Notes: generated by a model from the sequence alone, not told the origin. Positions 8,363-17,255 are shown, counted from the first letter of the stretch. The stretch: 39,334 nt of DNA from Desulfobacterales bacterium (GCA_029934695.1 JAOZLU010000003.1:1-39334), one strand, 5' to 3'. Program-made: numbers and translations.

Positions 8363-9946
8363 CTAAGAATCGAACCACCAGCGTTCACAGAACCTTAACC
8401 CGTCAAGTTCAAGGTTGCCGGACGGATTTTCAAACATCACTTTCTTTGTTGTGGCATCAACCATGTTGGCAATTGCCGGAATGACGACTCCACCTTCATC
8501 CCTGACAATTTTCTGCATTTCAAAATATAATTCACCGCGTTTTTTCTGATTTAATTCTGCACGGGCTTCCACAAGAAGCTTATTGAACCGTTCATGTTGC
8601 CAGTGCATATCATTGGAGGGAGTAGTTCCTGAATAGGTCTGGGTAAATATCCAGTCAGCTGTTGCCCTTGCAAACCAGTATGCCGCGCTGAATGGTTTTT
8701 TATTCCACACGTTGTCCCAATAGCCATCTTTTGGCTCTTTTACAACCTGCATTTTTAATCCGGCTTTTTTAGCATCTTCCTGCCATAGCTGAGCCGCATC
8801 GAGCGCACCTGAGAAAACAGCATCAGATGTGTGAAGCTTGAACTCGTAGCCTTCCATACCTGCTTTTTTCAAATAAAACTTTGCCTTATCCGGGTCATAC
8901 TGTCTCTGGGGAAGATCTGAGGCAGTATATTTTACTATTGGTGCAATGGGATGGTCATTACCCAGTGTGCCATATCTCTGGAGAATCGTATCAAGCATCT
9001 GTTGACGATCAACGGAATACTTCACTGCCATTCTGAGATTATTATCTGTATATGGTTTTGTGTCACAAAGCATTGGGAATGTATACAAAAGTCCGCCAGG
9101 CACATCAACCAGCTTTAGTTTAGGATTTCTTTTCAGCAGATGTGCTGTTTTTCGATCCGGTTTATTGATCACATCGACCTGTCCGGTCATTAATGCAGTT
9201 GTCCTTGCTGTGACATCTGACATAAAAGTAATATCAATTTCATTGAAATGGGCACGGTTTTCTTTCCAGTAATTTGGAAATCGTTTTGCAAGCACCCTTA
9301 CACCGGGTTCATATTCCACCAGCTGATACCCGCCTGTACCAAGGCCATCCTGAAAATTTGCTGTACCATTTGGAACAATGGGCATTCGCTGAGAAGCAAG
9401 AATATAGGGAAAATCTGCACTGGCACCCTTAAGTTCTATGATAATCTGGTTCGGACCATCTTTTTTGATGCTTTTTATCGTATCCACAAGAGTTTTTATC
9501 TGGGATGCCCTTGCAGGATCACGATGATAATTGATGGAATAAACTACATCATCAGCATCCATGGTTTTACCATTATGAAATTCAACGCCTTTCCGCAGAT
9601 TAATGATCCATCTTGATGCATTCGGAGTTGCCTCCCAGCTTTGTGCCAGCTCTGGTACTGCATTGCCCTTGTGATCAATTTCAACAAGCGGGTTTCTTAA
9701 AAAGCCAAGACTTGTCATCTGAACAAAAACATCATCAAATGTTGCCGGATCAAGGGATTCTGTGGTTGATCCGCCTGCCATACCAACTTTTAAAGTACCT
9801 CCTTGCATAGGAGTGGACGCAAAAACTGATTTTGTTAAAAAACTGCCGGGCAATGCTGCACTGGCACCAAGAGCTGCACCCATTGCCAAAAATTTACGGC
9901 GGGAAATACCATTGAGATCAGGATTAACACTTGTTTTCTGGGACAT
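8363..9946 (-). CDS. ABC transporter substrate-binding protein, family 5 (DppA/OppA-like), with a twin-arginine signal
   Basis: The Tat-like N-terminus is 'ISRRKFLAMGAALGASAA'. SBP_bac_5-type motifs include 'LAQSWEATPNASRWIINLRKGVEFHNGKTMDADDVVYS'. The stop codon is TAG. Confidence 0.85.
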   Translation of the reverse strand: MSQKTSVNPDLNGISRRKFLAMGAALGASAALPGSFLTKSVFASTPMQGGTLKVGMAGGSTTESLDPATFDDVFVQMTSLGFLRNPLVEIDHKGNAVPELAQSWEATPNASRWIINLRKGVEFHNGKTMDADDVVYSINYHRDPARASQIKTLVDTIKSIKKDGPNQIIIELKGASADFPYILASQRMPIVPNGTANFQDGLGTGGYQLVEYEPGVRVLAKRFPNYWKENRAHFNEIDITFMSDVTARTTALMTGQVDVINKPDRKTAHLLKRNPKLKLVDVPGGLLYTFPMLCDTKPYTDNNLRMAVKYSVDRQQMLDTILQRYGTLGNDHPIAPIVKYTASDLPQRQYDPDKAKFYLKKAGMEGYEFKLHTSDAVFSGALDAAQLWQEDAKKAGLKMQVVKEPKDGYWDNVWNKKPFSAAYWFARATADWIFTQTYSGTTPSNDMHWQHERFNKLLVEARAELNQKKRGELYFEMQKIVRDEGGVVIPAIANMVDATTKKVMFENPSGNLELDGLRFCERWWFDS

Positions 9947-10017
9947 GTTTTATCTCCTCTTTAAATGTCAGAAAAAATCAGCTTTACACTTTTTGGAAAA
10001 TTCTTCAAATCTTATCT

Positions 10018-10033
10018 TGCAAAACATATGCCA
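10018..10033 (-). promoter_or_regulatory. Sigma-54 (-24/-12) promoter driving the ABC-transporter/mttB operon
   Basis: The minus strand reads TGGCATatgttTTGCA, with GG and GC spaced exactly as in the consensus TGGCAC-N5-TTGCA. It lies about 70 nt upstream of the ATG at 9946. An NtrC-type activator is encoded immediately upstream. Confidence 0.7.
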
Positions 10034-10145
10034 TTTCAATCTGTTGTATGTAAAAAAGAAGATGAAGAATGATAGACAAAGGTTATGAAAAAAAATACTG
10101 AAAAAGAAATTGTGCAAAATAGCAGTGTTTTTTTTGTAAAAATTC

Positions 10146-10182
10146 TGAGAATTTTACAAAAAAATAATAATTCTTCAATTTT
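10146..10182. promoter_or_regulatory. Candidate enhancer (UAS) motif shared with 14641-14677
   Basis: 'tgagaattttacaaaaaaataataattcttcaattt' aligns without gaps to 14641-14677 with 29/37 identities. The conserved half-sites are GAGAATTTTnCAA and AATAATTnTTCAAnTTT. It overlaps the imperfect palindrome ttgtaaaaattc/gaattttacaa (10134-10159). It lies 110-165 bp upstream of the sigma-54 promoter. Confidence 0.45.
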
Positions 10183-10229
10183 TTCAAGATAATGCCAAAT
10201 TCTGAAAAACATCTTATGTTTTCCTGGCA

Positions 10230-10279
10230 GGCGGAAGCCCTGCGACTGTGCGGAGCCTCACAACGAGTGGGAGCATTCA
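10230..10279. mobile_element. Degenerate internal fragment of the MITE-like element
   Basis: 'ggcggaagccctgcgactgtgcggagcctcacaacgagtgggagcattca' shares 'ggcggaagccct', 'gcgactgtgcg' and 'caacgagtgg' with 11751-11887. Confidence 0.5.
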
Positions 10280-10336
10280 TTTTTGCAGTTGCTGTCCAAG
10301 AGCTTTCATTCAGACTAAAAACAATTGCCACTCCAA

Positions 10337-11719
10337 TTATCCGCACTCCATCATTTTTTTGAACTGATATCGAAATGTGTGATGTTTAAGATTCAACAGT
10401 TTTGCAGCCCGGGTTTCATTTCCTTTTGCAAGTTTCATTGCCTGGGAAAAATAAAATTTATCCATGTAATTTCTAACCTGGTTAAGATCTATTCCAGTGG
10501 GAGGCAGTGGTGTAAATGTAGTTGAATCTTCCATGATCTTTCCATGTTGAATTTTATTAAGTCCCAAATCATCAGGCGTTAATAATTCACCTGAGGCTAT
10601 CAGCACAGCTCTCTCCATCATGTTTTTCAACTCTCTGACATTTCCACTCCAAGTGTACAGTTTTAGCAGGTTCAATGCTTCATCACTGATACCTGTTAAA
10701 GATCTGCCAAATTTTTCATTAAACGTATGCAAAAAATATTTTGCAAGAAGTATGGTGTCCTCATGTCTGTCATTTAAAGATGGAACATTTATTTTAATGA
10801 CACTCAGGCGATAAAAAAGATCTTTTCTGAATGATCCTTTAAAAATCATTTTCTCAAGTTCCTTGTTTGTTGCTGATACTATTCGGGTTTTTATTTTATG
10901 TCGTATCGTACTGCCAACTTTATAAAATTCTCCCTCCTCAATGAACCTGAGAAGCTTTGCCTGAGCATCCAGATTCAGGTCTCCAACTTCATCTAAGAAA
11001 AGCGTACCTTTGTCAGCCATTTCAATGAGTCCTTTTTTTCCGGATTGACTTGCCCCGCTGAAAGCCCCTTTTTCATATCCGAAAAGCTCACTTTCAAGCA
11101 GTTCTGTTGGAATGGCAGCACAGTTTATAGTGACAAAGGGCCCTGCAAAATTTGGACTCCTATGATGAATTGTGCTTGCAATCAACTCTTTTCCCGTTCC
11201 TGTATCACCAAGGATAAGTATAGGTGTATCAGGGCTTTTAGCTACCATTTCCAAGTATTCCATAATATCGTGGATTGCCTTGCTTTCACCGATAAAACAC
11301 GGCAGATTTTCCCTGATCTGCTTTTCCTGAAGTTTTTTTATCTCTTTTCTAAGCCGTATGGTCTCAAGTGCATTGGCAATGGTTACCTCCAGTCCTTCCA
11401 TGTGAATGGGCTTGATGATATAATCAAAAGCACCATTTTTCATACACTCAATGACAGAGCCTATATCTTCATATGCTGTAATCATGATGACAAGAAGATT
11501 ATCACTGATTTGTTTAAACTTTTTCAATGCCTCAATTCCATTCATACCCGGCAGTCCTATATCCAGGAGAACAAGATCCGGCTGCTGAACCTTTATCTTT
11601 TCAAGTGCCTTTTCTGCTGATTCAAATGTATATAGAGAGTAATCATCTTCAAGGTCAGAAGAGATACCTTCCCGGATGGTTTTTTCATCATCTACTATAA
11701 AAAGGGTGTATTCCACCAT
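10337..11719 (-). CDS. Sigma-54-dependent response regulator (NtrC family: REC + AAA+ + Fis-type HTH)
   Basis: The REC domain has 'FIVDDEKT...DLVLLDIGLPGMNG'. The AAA+ domain has Walker A 'GDTGTGKE', the GAFTGA-type loop 'EKGAFSGA' and 'ESELFGYEKGAF'. A C-terminal HTH is present. I place the start at the ATG at 11717-11719 (MVEYTLFIV), preceded by GAGGAG. The longer ORF reaching 11872 reads through the MITE. Confidence 0.85.
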   Translation of the reverse strand: MVEYTLFIVDDEKTIREGISSDLEDDYSLYTFESAEKALEKIKVQQPDLVLLDIGLPGMNGIEALKKFKQISDNLLVIMITAYEDIGSVIECMKNGAFDYIIKPIHMEGLEVTIANALETIRLRKEIKKLQEKQIRENLPCFIGESKAIHDIMEYLEMVAKSPDTPILILGDTGTGKELIASTIHHRSPNFAGPFVTINCAAIPTELLESELFGYEKGAFSGASQSGKKGLIEMADKGTLFLDEVGDLNLDAQAKLLRFIEEGEFYKVGSTIRHKIKTRIVSATNKELEKMIFKGSFRKDLFYRLSVIKINVPSLNDRHEDTILLAKYFLHTFNEKFGRSLTGISDEALNLLKLYTWSGNVRELKNMMERAVLIASGELLTPDDLGLNKIQHGKIMEDSTTFTPLPPTGIDLNQVRNYMDKFYFSQAMKLAKGNETRAAKLLNLKHHTFRYQFKKMMECG

Positions 11720-11750
11720 TATCTTACTCCTCTCTTTGCATCTGTATTTT

Positions 11751-11887
11751 CTGATTATAACGAATGCGGGAGCATGATTCGGGACATTCCCGCTCGTTGC
11801 GGGGCGGGATCCCTGCGACTGTGCGTTGCGAGGCGGAAGCCCTCGCAACGAGTGGACTTGAAGGCTCCCCACATCCGTTATAATCAG
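11751..11887. mobile_element. Complete MITE-like element (~137 bp) with terminal inverted repeats, between the kinase and regulator genes
   Basis: The left end 'ctgattataacgaatgc' (11751-11767) and the right end 'acatccgttataatcag' (11870-11887) are inverted repeats. The interior carries 'ccctgcgactgtgcg' and 'ggcggaagccctcgcaacgagtgg'. Confidence 0.7.
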
Positions 11888-11898
11888 TATATTTAATT

Positions 11899-14433
11899 CT
11901 AAGATTGTATAAAAACAGGCATCTCAATTATAAATTTTGTACCGCCAAGTTCTGATGAAACTACTTTAAGTGTTCCTTTATGATCAGTAATAATTCTATG
12001 GCAAAGGCTCAACCCTATACCTGTACTGTTTTCTTTGGTTGTAAAAAAAGGTTCAAAAATTTTCTGCCTTAAATCTCTTGGAATACCTGGTCCATTATCA
12101 TCAATACTAAGAACAAGTTTATCATGCATGGCATTTGACGAAACCTCAATAACTCTGTTTCCTTTTTTGACCAAAAGAGCATCTGCTGCATTATTAATAA
12201 GATTTAAGATAACCTCCTCAATAAGATTTGGTTCTGCATGACAGTGAGGCAGATTTTTATCCAGTTTCTGCCTGATGGAAATCTTCTTTTTGTGAAGGGT
12301 GGTATTTGACAGATCAACTGCTTCGAGTATTGGAACATTTATATCAATTAAATCAAATTTTGGTTCTGCCGGTTTCGCAAAATTCATCACTCTTTTAATG
12401 ACAGATTCCATTTTTTGTGAAGCAGATCGTATGGCATCAATAGATGGTTTGATTTTATGAATTTTTTCCGGGTTTTCAAAACTTTTTTCTATTGTTCTGA
12501 TATAAATATTAATGCCAGACAGAGGATTTCTGATTTCATGGGCTATCCCGGCTGATACATGCCCTAAAGATGCCATTTTATCCTGAACTGCCAGCAGACG
12601 TTCCAACTCTTTTGCCCTTGTCATATCTATGGTAATCAGCAAAAGAGCTTTTTTATCCTGATGGTCAATGGGTCTGGTAATACAGTTTACCCATTTCATA
12701 GTTACCGGCTCATTTTGATCAGATGATTTAAAAAACCTGAAATCCATTTCCGACTGCACCAAAGCTCCTTTTACAATCTGCTCATACAGTTGTTTTGCCT
12801 TTTTCAAATCATCCTGATGGATATGTTTATAGGCTGGAGAGTCAAACAACCCCAAATTCCCCATGAGTTCAGACTGTCGTGAATTTTTATAGACAACCGT
12901 ACCATCCTGGATAATCGCAATACCGTTGGGGGAATTTTCCACAAGGTCCCTGAATCTTTTTTCACTTTTTTGTATGGCACGCTCATTTTTTTTTCTTTGA
13001 ATCAATCTCCACATGCCCTGAGTCAGCAGACTCAGCTGTCTTAAATCTGAAGAGTCATAATCGCTTTTTTTATTCCCCATGCCTGCAACAGCCACAATTT
13101 TATCTCCACTGAAAACAGGAACACTTATGTATCTAAAATTTTTTTTATGTTCTGTTGGAGCACCCTTTTTATATAAATTCAAGTATTCATACTTGTTTGA
13201 AATTGAGGGTTTACCTTTACGGATAGCATCTCCCCAAAATCCTTCGGTATCAGCGCCGAATCCAGTAGCAAGATTATGTTCAATCTTTTTCTTTATCGAA
13301 AAAGTGCTGCCTGGATTAACCTCATACATGATTCCTTTTTGATCTTCAAAAGCCAGATATCCAAAGTTGCTTTTTGTCAGACGAATCATCTGCTGAAAGG
13401 CAAAATCAATGGTTTCCCGGATAGAGGCATGGGTACGTTCGTTCAATTCCAGTAATGCCTCAAGGCGTATCTCATTAAATCTGAGTTCCTCGGTTCTCTG
13501 CATCACCTGATTTTTCAACATTCTGTTCCAGATCAGAATTGAACTGGTGATAAAAAGAACAGTCAGGGCAATTGCTGAAACAATATACCAGAATATTTGG
13601 GTTTGGTAGAATCTTATGGTTTCAAGCCGAATCCATTTGGCATGTATCTCTTTGTGCTCTTTTTCACTGATATTTGCCAGGGCTTTTTCAATAATTTCAG
13701 CCAAAACAGGCCAGTCTTTTCTTATCCCCAAACCAAGATTGAGTTCAAAACCAGTATCACCAGCCAGTCGAAGATTTGTAATTTTTTCAGTTTCAATGAC
13801 ATACAGGGCATTGGGCACTTCAATGATCATGGCATCAAGTTCACCAAAAGAGACTTTATGCATACCCTCATTGCCGTTTAACACATCTGTGAGGGTAAGT
13901 TCAGGATAATTATCTCTTATAAATTTACCCACTGCATACTCCTTTGGCACACCTATTTTCATCCCCTGCATCTGATCGAGGGTAAAGGTTTTTGTTCTGG
14001 ATTTTTCTACAATTATTGTTGTTTTAATATCCAGATAAGGGGTTGACCAGTTCATAAACAGTTTTCTTGCAGGGGTAGCCTGAGCTGCGCTAATGATGTC
14101 AATTTTCCTCTCTTTAGCAAGAGAAAGTATTTTTTCCCAGCTTTTAATCCTGACAATTTTAAATTTAAACTCAAATTTTTTTTCTATCAAACGAATATAA
14201 TCAGCAACCATACCCTGATACACTCCGTTTTTATCAAAAAACTCCATGGGTTCCCAGTCAGGAGCAGGTGCCAACCTGATTTTTCCGTCATGAACATTCA
14301 ACCATTTCCGTTCATCCCTGGTTAAGATATCGTTTCCGGCAAAACCAGTAGTTGAATAAAAAAGAATAGCTAACCAAAAAAGAACATCATGAATAACAGC
14401 TCGTAAAATTAAATTTATCCTTTGGTTGTCCAT
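11899..14433 (-). CDS. Sensor histidine kinase: periplasmic family-3 solute-binding domain, TM, GAF-like, PAS, HisKA, HATPase
   Basis: An N-terminal TM helix precedes an SBP_bac_3-like region ('IRLAPAPDWEPMEFFDKNGVYQGMVADY'). A second TM helix is 'IFWYIVSAIALTVLFITSSILIW'. Kinase motifs are the H-box 'GIAHEIRNPL', N-box 'LINNAADAL', G1 'DDNGPGIP' and G2 'GIGLSLC'. The stop codon is TAG. Confidence 0.85.
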   Translation of the reverse strand: MDNQRINLILRAVIHDVLFWLAILFYSTTGFAGNDILTRDERKWLNVHDGKIRLAPAPDWEPMEFFDKNGVYQGMVADYIRLIEKKFEFKFKIVRIKSWEKILSLAKERKIDIISAAQATPARKLFMNWSTPYLDIKTTIIVEKSRTKTFTLDQMQGMKIGVPKEYAVGKFIRDNYPELTLTDVLNGNEGMHKVSFGELDAMIIEVPNALYVIETEKITNLRLAGDTGFELNLGLGIRKDWPVLAEIIEKALANISEKEHKEIHAKWIRLETIRFYQTQIFWYIVSAIALTVLFITSSILIWNRMLKNQVMQRTEELRFNEIRLEALLELNERTHASIRETIDFAFQQMIRLTKSNFGYLAFEDQKGIMYEVNPGSTFSIKKKIEHNLATGFGADTEGFWGDAIRKGKPSISNKYEYLNLYKKGAPTEHKKNFRYISVPVFSGDKIVAVAGMGNKKSDYDSSDLRQLSLLTQGMWRLIQRKKNERAIQKSEKRFRDLVENSPNGIAIIQDGTVVYKNSRQSELMGNLGLFDSPAYKHIHQDDLKKAKQLYEQIVKGALVQSEMDFRFFKSSDQNEPVTMKWVNCITRPIDHQDKKALLLITIDMTRAKELERLLAVQDKMASLGHVSAGIAHEIRNPLSGINIYIRTIEKSFENPEKIHKIKPSIDAIRSASQKMESVIKRVMNFAKPAEPKFDLIDINVPILEAVDLSNTTLHKKKISIRQKLDKNLPHCHAEPNLIEEVILNLINNAADALLVKKGNRVIEVSSNAMHDKLVLSIDDNGPGIPRDLRQKIFEPFFTTKENSTGIGLSLCHRIITDHKGTLKVVSSELGGTKFIIEMPVFIQS

Positions 14434-14640
14434 ATCTGCTATTTTAACCTATTAAAATTGTTTTGTACCACTTTATTTATGATTTACTGATTGTAACACA
14501 TATTAAAATCAGTATTCAAGATATATACCATAACCACTCTTTCATACGGTCACCGGACCTAATGCCTTATAGTTGCAGTTTAAATCCGGTTTACAGTTTT
14601 TAATAAAATTCTGATTTATATTCTTATCTGAAAAATAATA

Positions 14641-14677
14641 TGAGAATTTTTCAACTTTTTAATAATTTTTCAACTTT
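14641..14677. promoter_or_regulatory. Candidate enhancer (UAS) motif, the second copy of the one at 10146-10182
   Basis: 'tgagaatttttcaactttttaataatttttcaacttt' contains the direct repeat 'aatttttcaacttt' at 14645-14658 and 14664-14677. It lies about 175-210 bp upstream of the sigma-54 promoter at 14851. Confidence 0.45.
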
Positions 14678-14850
14678 ATTTTTATCTGCAACCAGAGTTG
14701 ATAAAAATTGTATTCTTTTAGAAATTTGCAATTTTGAATACTTTAAAAAAGATAACATTGAAAAATTTCATTTAAAATAAATTCATTTTTATATAATAAA
14801 AACAATAAGATATTTTAATTTCAAAAAGATATTTATTTATAATTAAGTTG

Positions 14851-14866
14851 TGGCATACATCATGCA
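14851..14866 (+). promoter_or_regulatory. Sigma-54 (-24/-12) promoter driving the corrinoid-protein operon
   Basis: TGGCATacatcATGCA has GG at 14852-14853 and GC at 14864-14865, which is consensus spacing. It lies 86 nt upstream of the ATG at 14952. Confidence 0.65.
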
Positions 14867-14951
14867 AAGTTTCTAAATTTGTTGTTAAGTGAGATTTAGA
14901 ATAAAAAATAAGTTGCAATTTTTAACATAAAAATAAAAAGGGAGATAACAA

Positions 14952-15584
14952 ATGGCGGATTTTAATGCAATGCAGGAGTCTTTAGTTAGCTGTGACAAGG
15001 ATAAACTTGTGGGTCTGGTAAATGCAGCATTGGCAGAAGACATAAGTGCATCAGATATTTTAAACCAGGGATTGATCGCTGGTATGGATATTGTTGGTGA
15101 AAAAATGGAAAACGGTGACATGTTTATTCCCGAAGTACTTATGGCAGCCAAAGCAATGGGTGAATGTGTGATTATTTTAAAGCCACTGCTCGGTGAGGAT
15201 GAGTCTTCAAAAGGTGGTAATGTAGTTATTGGAACTGTCAAAGGTGATCTTCATGACATAGGTAAAAACCTTGTTGCAATGATGATGGAGAGTGCCGGTA
15301 TGACAGTTCATAATGTGGGAGTTGATATTGCACCTGAAGATTTTGTTACTCAGATAAAAGAAAAAAATGCCCGGATTGTCTGCCTGTCAGCTCTTTTGAC
15401 CACTACAATGCCCATGATGAAACAGACTGTTGATGCCATAGTTGAAGCAGGTTTGAGAGATCAGGTTAAAGTTATGGTGGGTGGTGCGCCTGTAACCCAG
15501 GCATTTGCCGATGAGATCGGAGCTGACGGCTTTGCAGCGGATGCAGGTTCTGCTGCCAGATTTGCTAAAACTCTTTTAGCATAA
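14952..15584 (+). CDS. Methyltransferase cognate corrinoid (cobalamin-binding) protein, MttC/MtbC-like
   Basis: The 210-aa protein has an N-terminal helical cap (B12-binding_2) and a B12-binding domain. The latter has the DxHxxG motif 'GDLHDIGKNLV' and the 'SALLTTTM' and 'VMVGGAP' motifs. A GGGAG RBS is present. Confidence 0.85.
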   Translation: MADFNAMQESLVSCDKDKLVGLVNAALAEDISASDILNQGLIAGMDIVGEKMENGDMFIPEVLMAAKAMGECVIILKPLLGEDESSKGGNVVIGTVKGDLHDIGKNLVAMMMESAGMTVHNVGVDIAPEDFVTQIKEKNARIVCLSALLTTTMPMMKQTVDAIVEAGLRDQVKVMVGGAPVTQAFADEIGADGFAADAGSAARFAKTLLA

Positions 15585-15739
15585 CATTGTAAGACCGAAA
15601 ATCAGCCAAGTTGCCGGTTTTCCAAACAAATTCAGCTAATTTTCCTGAAAAATCCCATTGAACGGAACCAGTGCCAAAAATTGAGCGAAGCGGCTTTTTG
15701 CACCACACACCTCCGAGATGACAAAGATTTTATTTAAAG

Positions 15740-15839
15740 CTCTATAACGGATTCAGGGACCCCTTAAACTTAAACTTAAACTTGGACTTGGACCAAGTCC
15801 AAGTTTACGGGCATGTTCATAGGCATCCGTTATAATCAG
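15740..15839. mobile_element. MITE-like element copy (~100 bp) with a degenerate left TIR
   Basis: The left end is 'ctataacggattc' (15742-) and the right end is 'gcatccgttataatcag' (15823-15839). The interior 'aagtccaagtttacgggcatgttcatagg' is the reverse complement of the interior of the copy at 17169-17255. It also contains the palindrome cttggacttgg/ccaagtccaag. Confidence 0.7.
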
Positions 15840-15857
15840 AAAAACAGGAGAACATAA

Positions 15858-17168
15858 ATGAAGTTTATAAAAAAAGCTGCAAAAACAGCAGGGTCAAATT
15901 CAGATAAAACCCGTAGTATAGTACAGAGTATCCTTTCGGATATTGAGGCTAATGGTGAAAAGGAAATTTATGCCCTTGCCAAAAAGTTTGATAAGTGGGA
16001 AGGCGATTTTATTTTAAGCCATGAAAAAAAGAAGCGTTTAATTGATAAAGTACCTGAAGATATAAAAAAAGATATCAGGTTTGCCCATGAACAGATATAT
16101 GGATTTGCAAAAGCTCAAAAAGGGAGCTTAAAAGAGTTTGAAAAAGAAACCATTCCAGGTGTTCGTCTTGGGCAAAAAATTGTTCCCATGGAGGTTGCCG
16201 GATGTTATATTCCTGGTGGGCGCTTTGCCCATGCCTGTTCCGCTCTCATGAGCGTTGCAACAGCAAAGGCTGCAGGTGTAAAAACTGTTATTGCCTGCTC
16301 TCCTCCTCGTGGAGACAGTATTGCTCCTGCTGTTGTGTATGCTTTGGAAGTCGCAGGTGCAGATATTATTCTTGAGATGGGAGGTGTTCAGGCAATTGCC
16401 ACCATGGCATTTGGTCTTTTCACAGGAAAACCAGCCAATATCCTTGCAGGTCCCGGCAACTCCTATGTTGCTGAAGCAAAAAGTATTCTCTCTTCTGCAG
16501 GACAATGCACAATTGATGTGTTTGCAGGGCCAACGGAATCTGCCATTATCGCAGATAAAACTGCTGATTATATGACTATTGCGATTGATCTTGTTTCCCA
16601 GGCAGAGCACGGGATTGATTCGCCTGTATGGCTGTTCACAGATTCAAAAGAAGTGGGAGAAAAAGTCCTTGAAGTGATACCAAAAATTATTGCTGATATG
16701 CCTGATCCTGATGTTCCTGCATCCTCATGGCGTGATTATGGAGAAATAATTCTTTGTAAGGATAGAGAAGAGATTTGTAAAGTAAATGACCAGTATGCTG
16801 CTGAACATGTGCAGGTGATGGCACGGGATATTGAGTGGTGGAAAGAAAACCTCACCTCCTATGGTTCCCTGTTTCTTGGTGAAGGAAGTACAGTTCCCCA
16901 CGGCGACAAGTGTTCCGGCACTAATCATATTCTTCCTACCAAAAAAGCAGGGTATTATTCAGGTGGGCTAAATGTCTTTAAGTTCCTCAAAATTTATACA
17001 TATCAAGAGATCAGCAAAGAAGCCAACATGGTCATCAGCGGGGCTGCATCTCGATTATCACGGGTTGAAGGAATGGAAGGTCATGCAAGAGCCTGTGATT
17101 TCAGATTAAGAAAATATTTCCCGAATCAGGCGTGGAAATTCAATGTCTATGAACAGACTGAATATTAA
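15858..17168 (+). CDS. Histidinol-dehydrogenase-family NAD-dependent 4-electron dehydrogenase (HisD/HpsN-like), substrate unknown
   Basis: HisD catalytic and Zn motifs are conserved: 'SQAEHG', 'YAAEHVQV', 'GDKCSGTNHILPT' and 'EGMEGHARA'. The protein is 436 aa. An AGGAG RBS is present. Confidence 0.8.
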   Translation: MKFIKKAAKTAGSNSDKTRSIVQSILSDIEANGEKEIYALAKKFDKWEGDFILSHEKKKRLIDKVPEDIKKDIRFAHEQIYGFAKAQKGSLKEFEKETIPGVRLGQKIVPMEVAGCYIPGGRFAHACSALMSVATAKAAGVKTVIACSPPRGDSIAPAVVYALEVAGADIILEMGGVQAIATMAFGLFTGKPANILAGPGNSYVAEAKSILSSAGQCTIDVFAGPTESAIIADKTADYMTIAIDLVSQAEHGIDSPVWLFTDSKEVGEKVLEVIPKIIADMPDPDVPASSWRDYGEIILCKDREEICKVNDQYAAEHVQVMARDIEWWKENLTSYGSLFLGEGSTVPHGDKCSGTNHILPTKKAGYYSGGLNVFKFLKIYTYQEISKEANMVISGAASRLSRVEGMEGHARACDFRLRKYFPNQAWKFNVYEQTEY

Positions 17169-17255
17169 CTGATTATAACGGATGCGGGGAGCCCTATGAA
17201 CATGCCCGTAAACTTGGACTTTAAGTTCAAGGGATCCCGTATCCGTTATAATCAG
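17169..17255. mobile_element. MITE-like element copy (87 bp) with intact TIRs, in opposite orientation to the 15740-15839 copy
   Basis: The ends are 'ctgattataacggatgc' (17169-17185) and 'atccgttataatcag' (17241-17255). The interior is 'ccctatgaacatgcccgtaaacttggactt'. The element starts immediately after the HisD-like stop codon. Confidence 0.75.

Noticed and set aside
10083-10346. An 87-aa minus-strand ORF, and the 9762-10088 plus-strand ORF, in the regulator/SBP intergenic region
   Set aside because: The sequence is AT-rich promoter/enhancer DNA plus a MITE fragment. The composition is low-complexity and there is no RBS.
11720-11872. A 51-codon N-terminal extension of the response regulator ORF
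   Set aside because: The extension is translated MITE sequence. A GAGGAG RBS and ATG at 11719 give a canonical REC-domain start (MVEYTLFIVDDE).
15858-17168. Calling this gene hisD (biosynthetic histidinol dehydrogenase)
   Set aside because: The family membership is clear, but the context argues for a catabolic paralogue. The gene sits in a sigma-54 catabolic operon, has no other his genes nearby, is flanked by MITEs, and lies next to lyase and racemase genes. No gene symbol is assigned.
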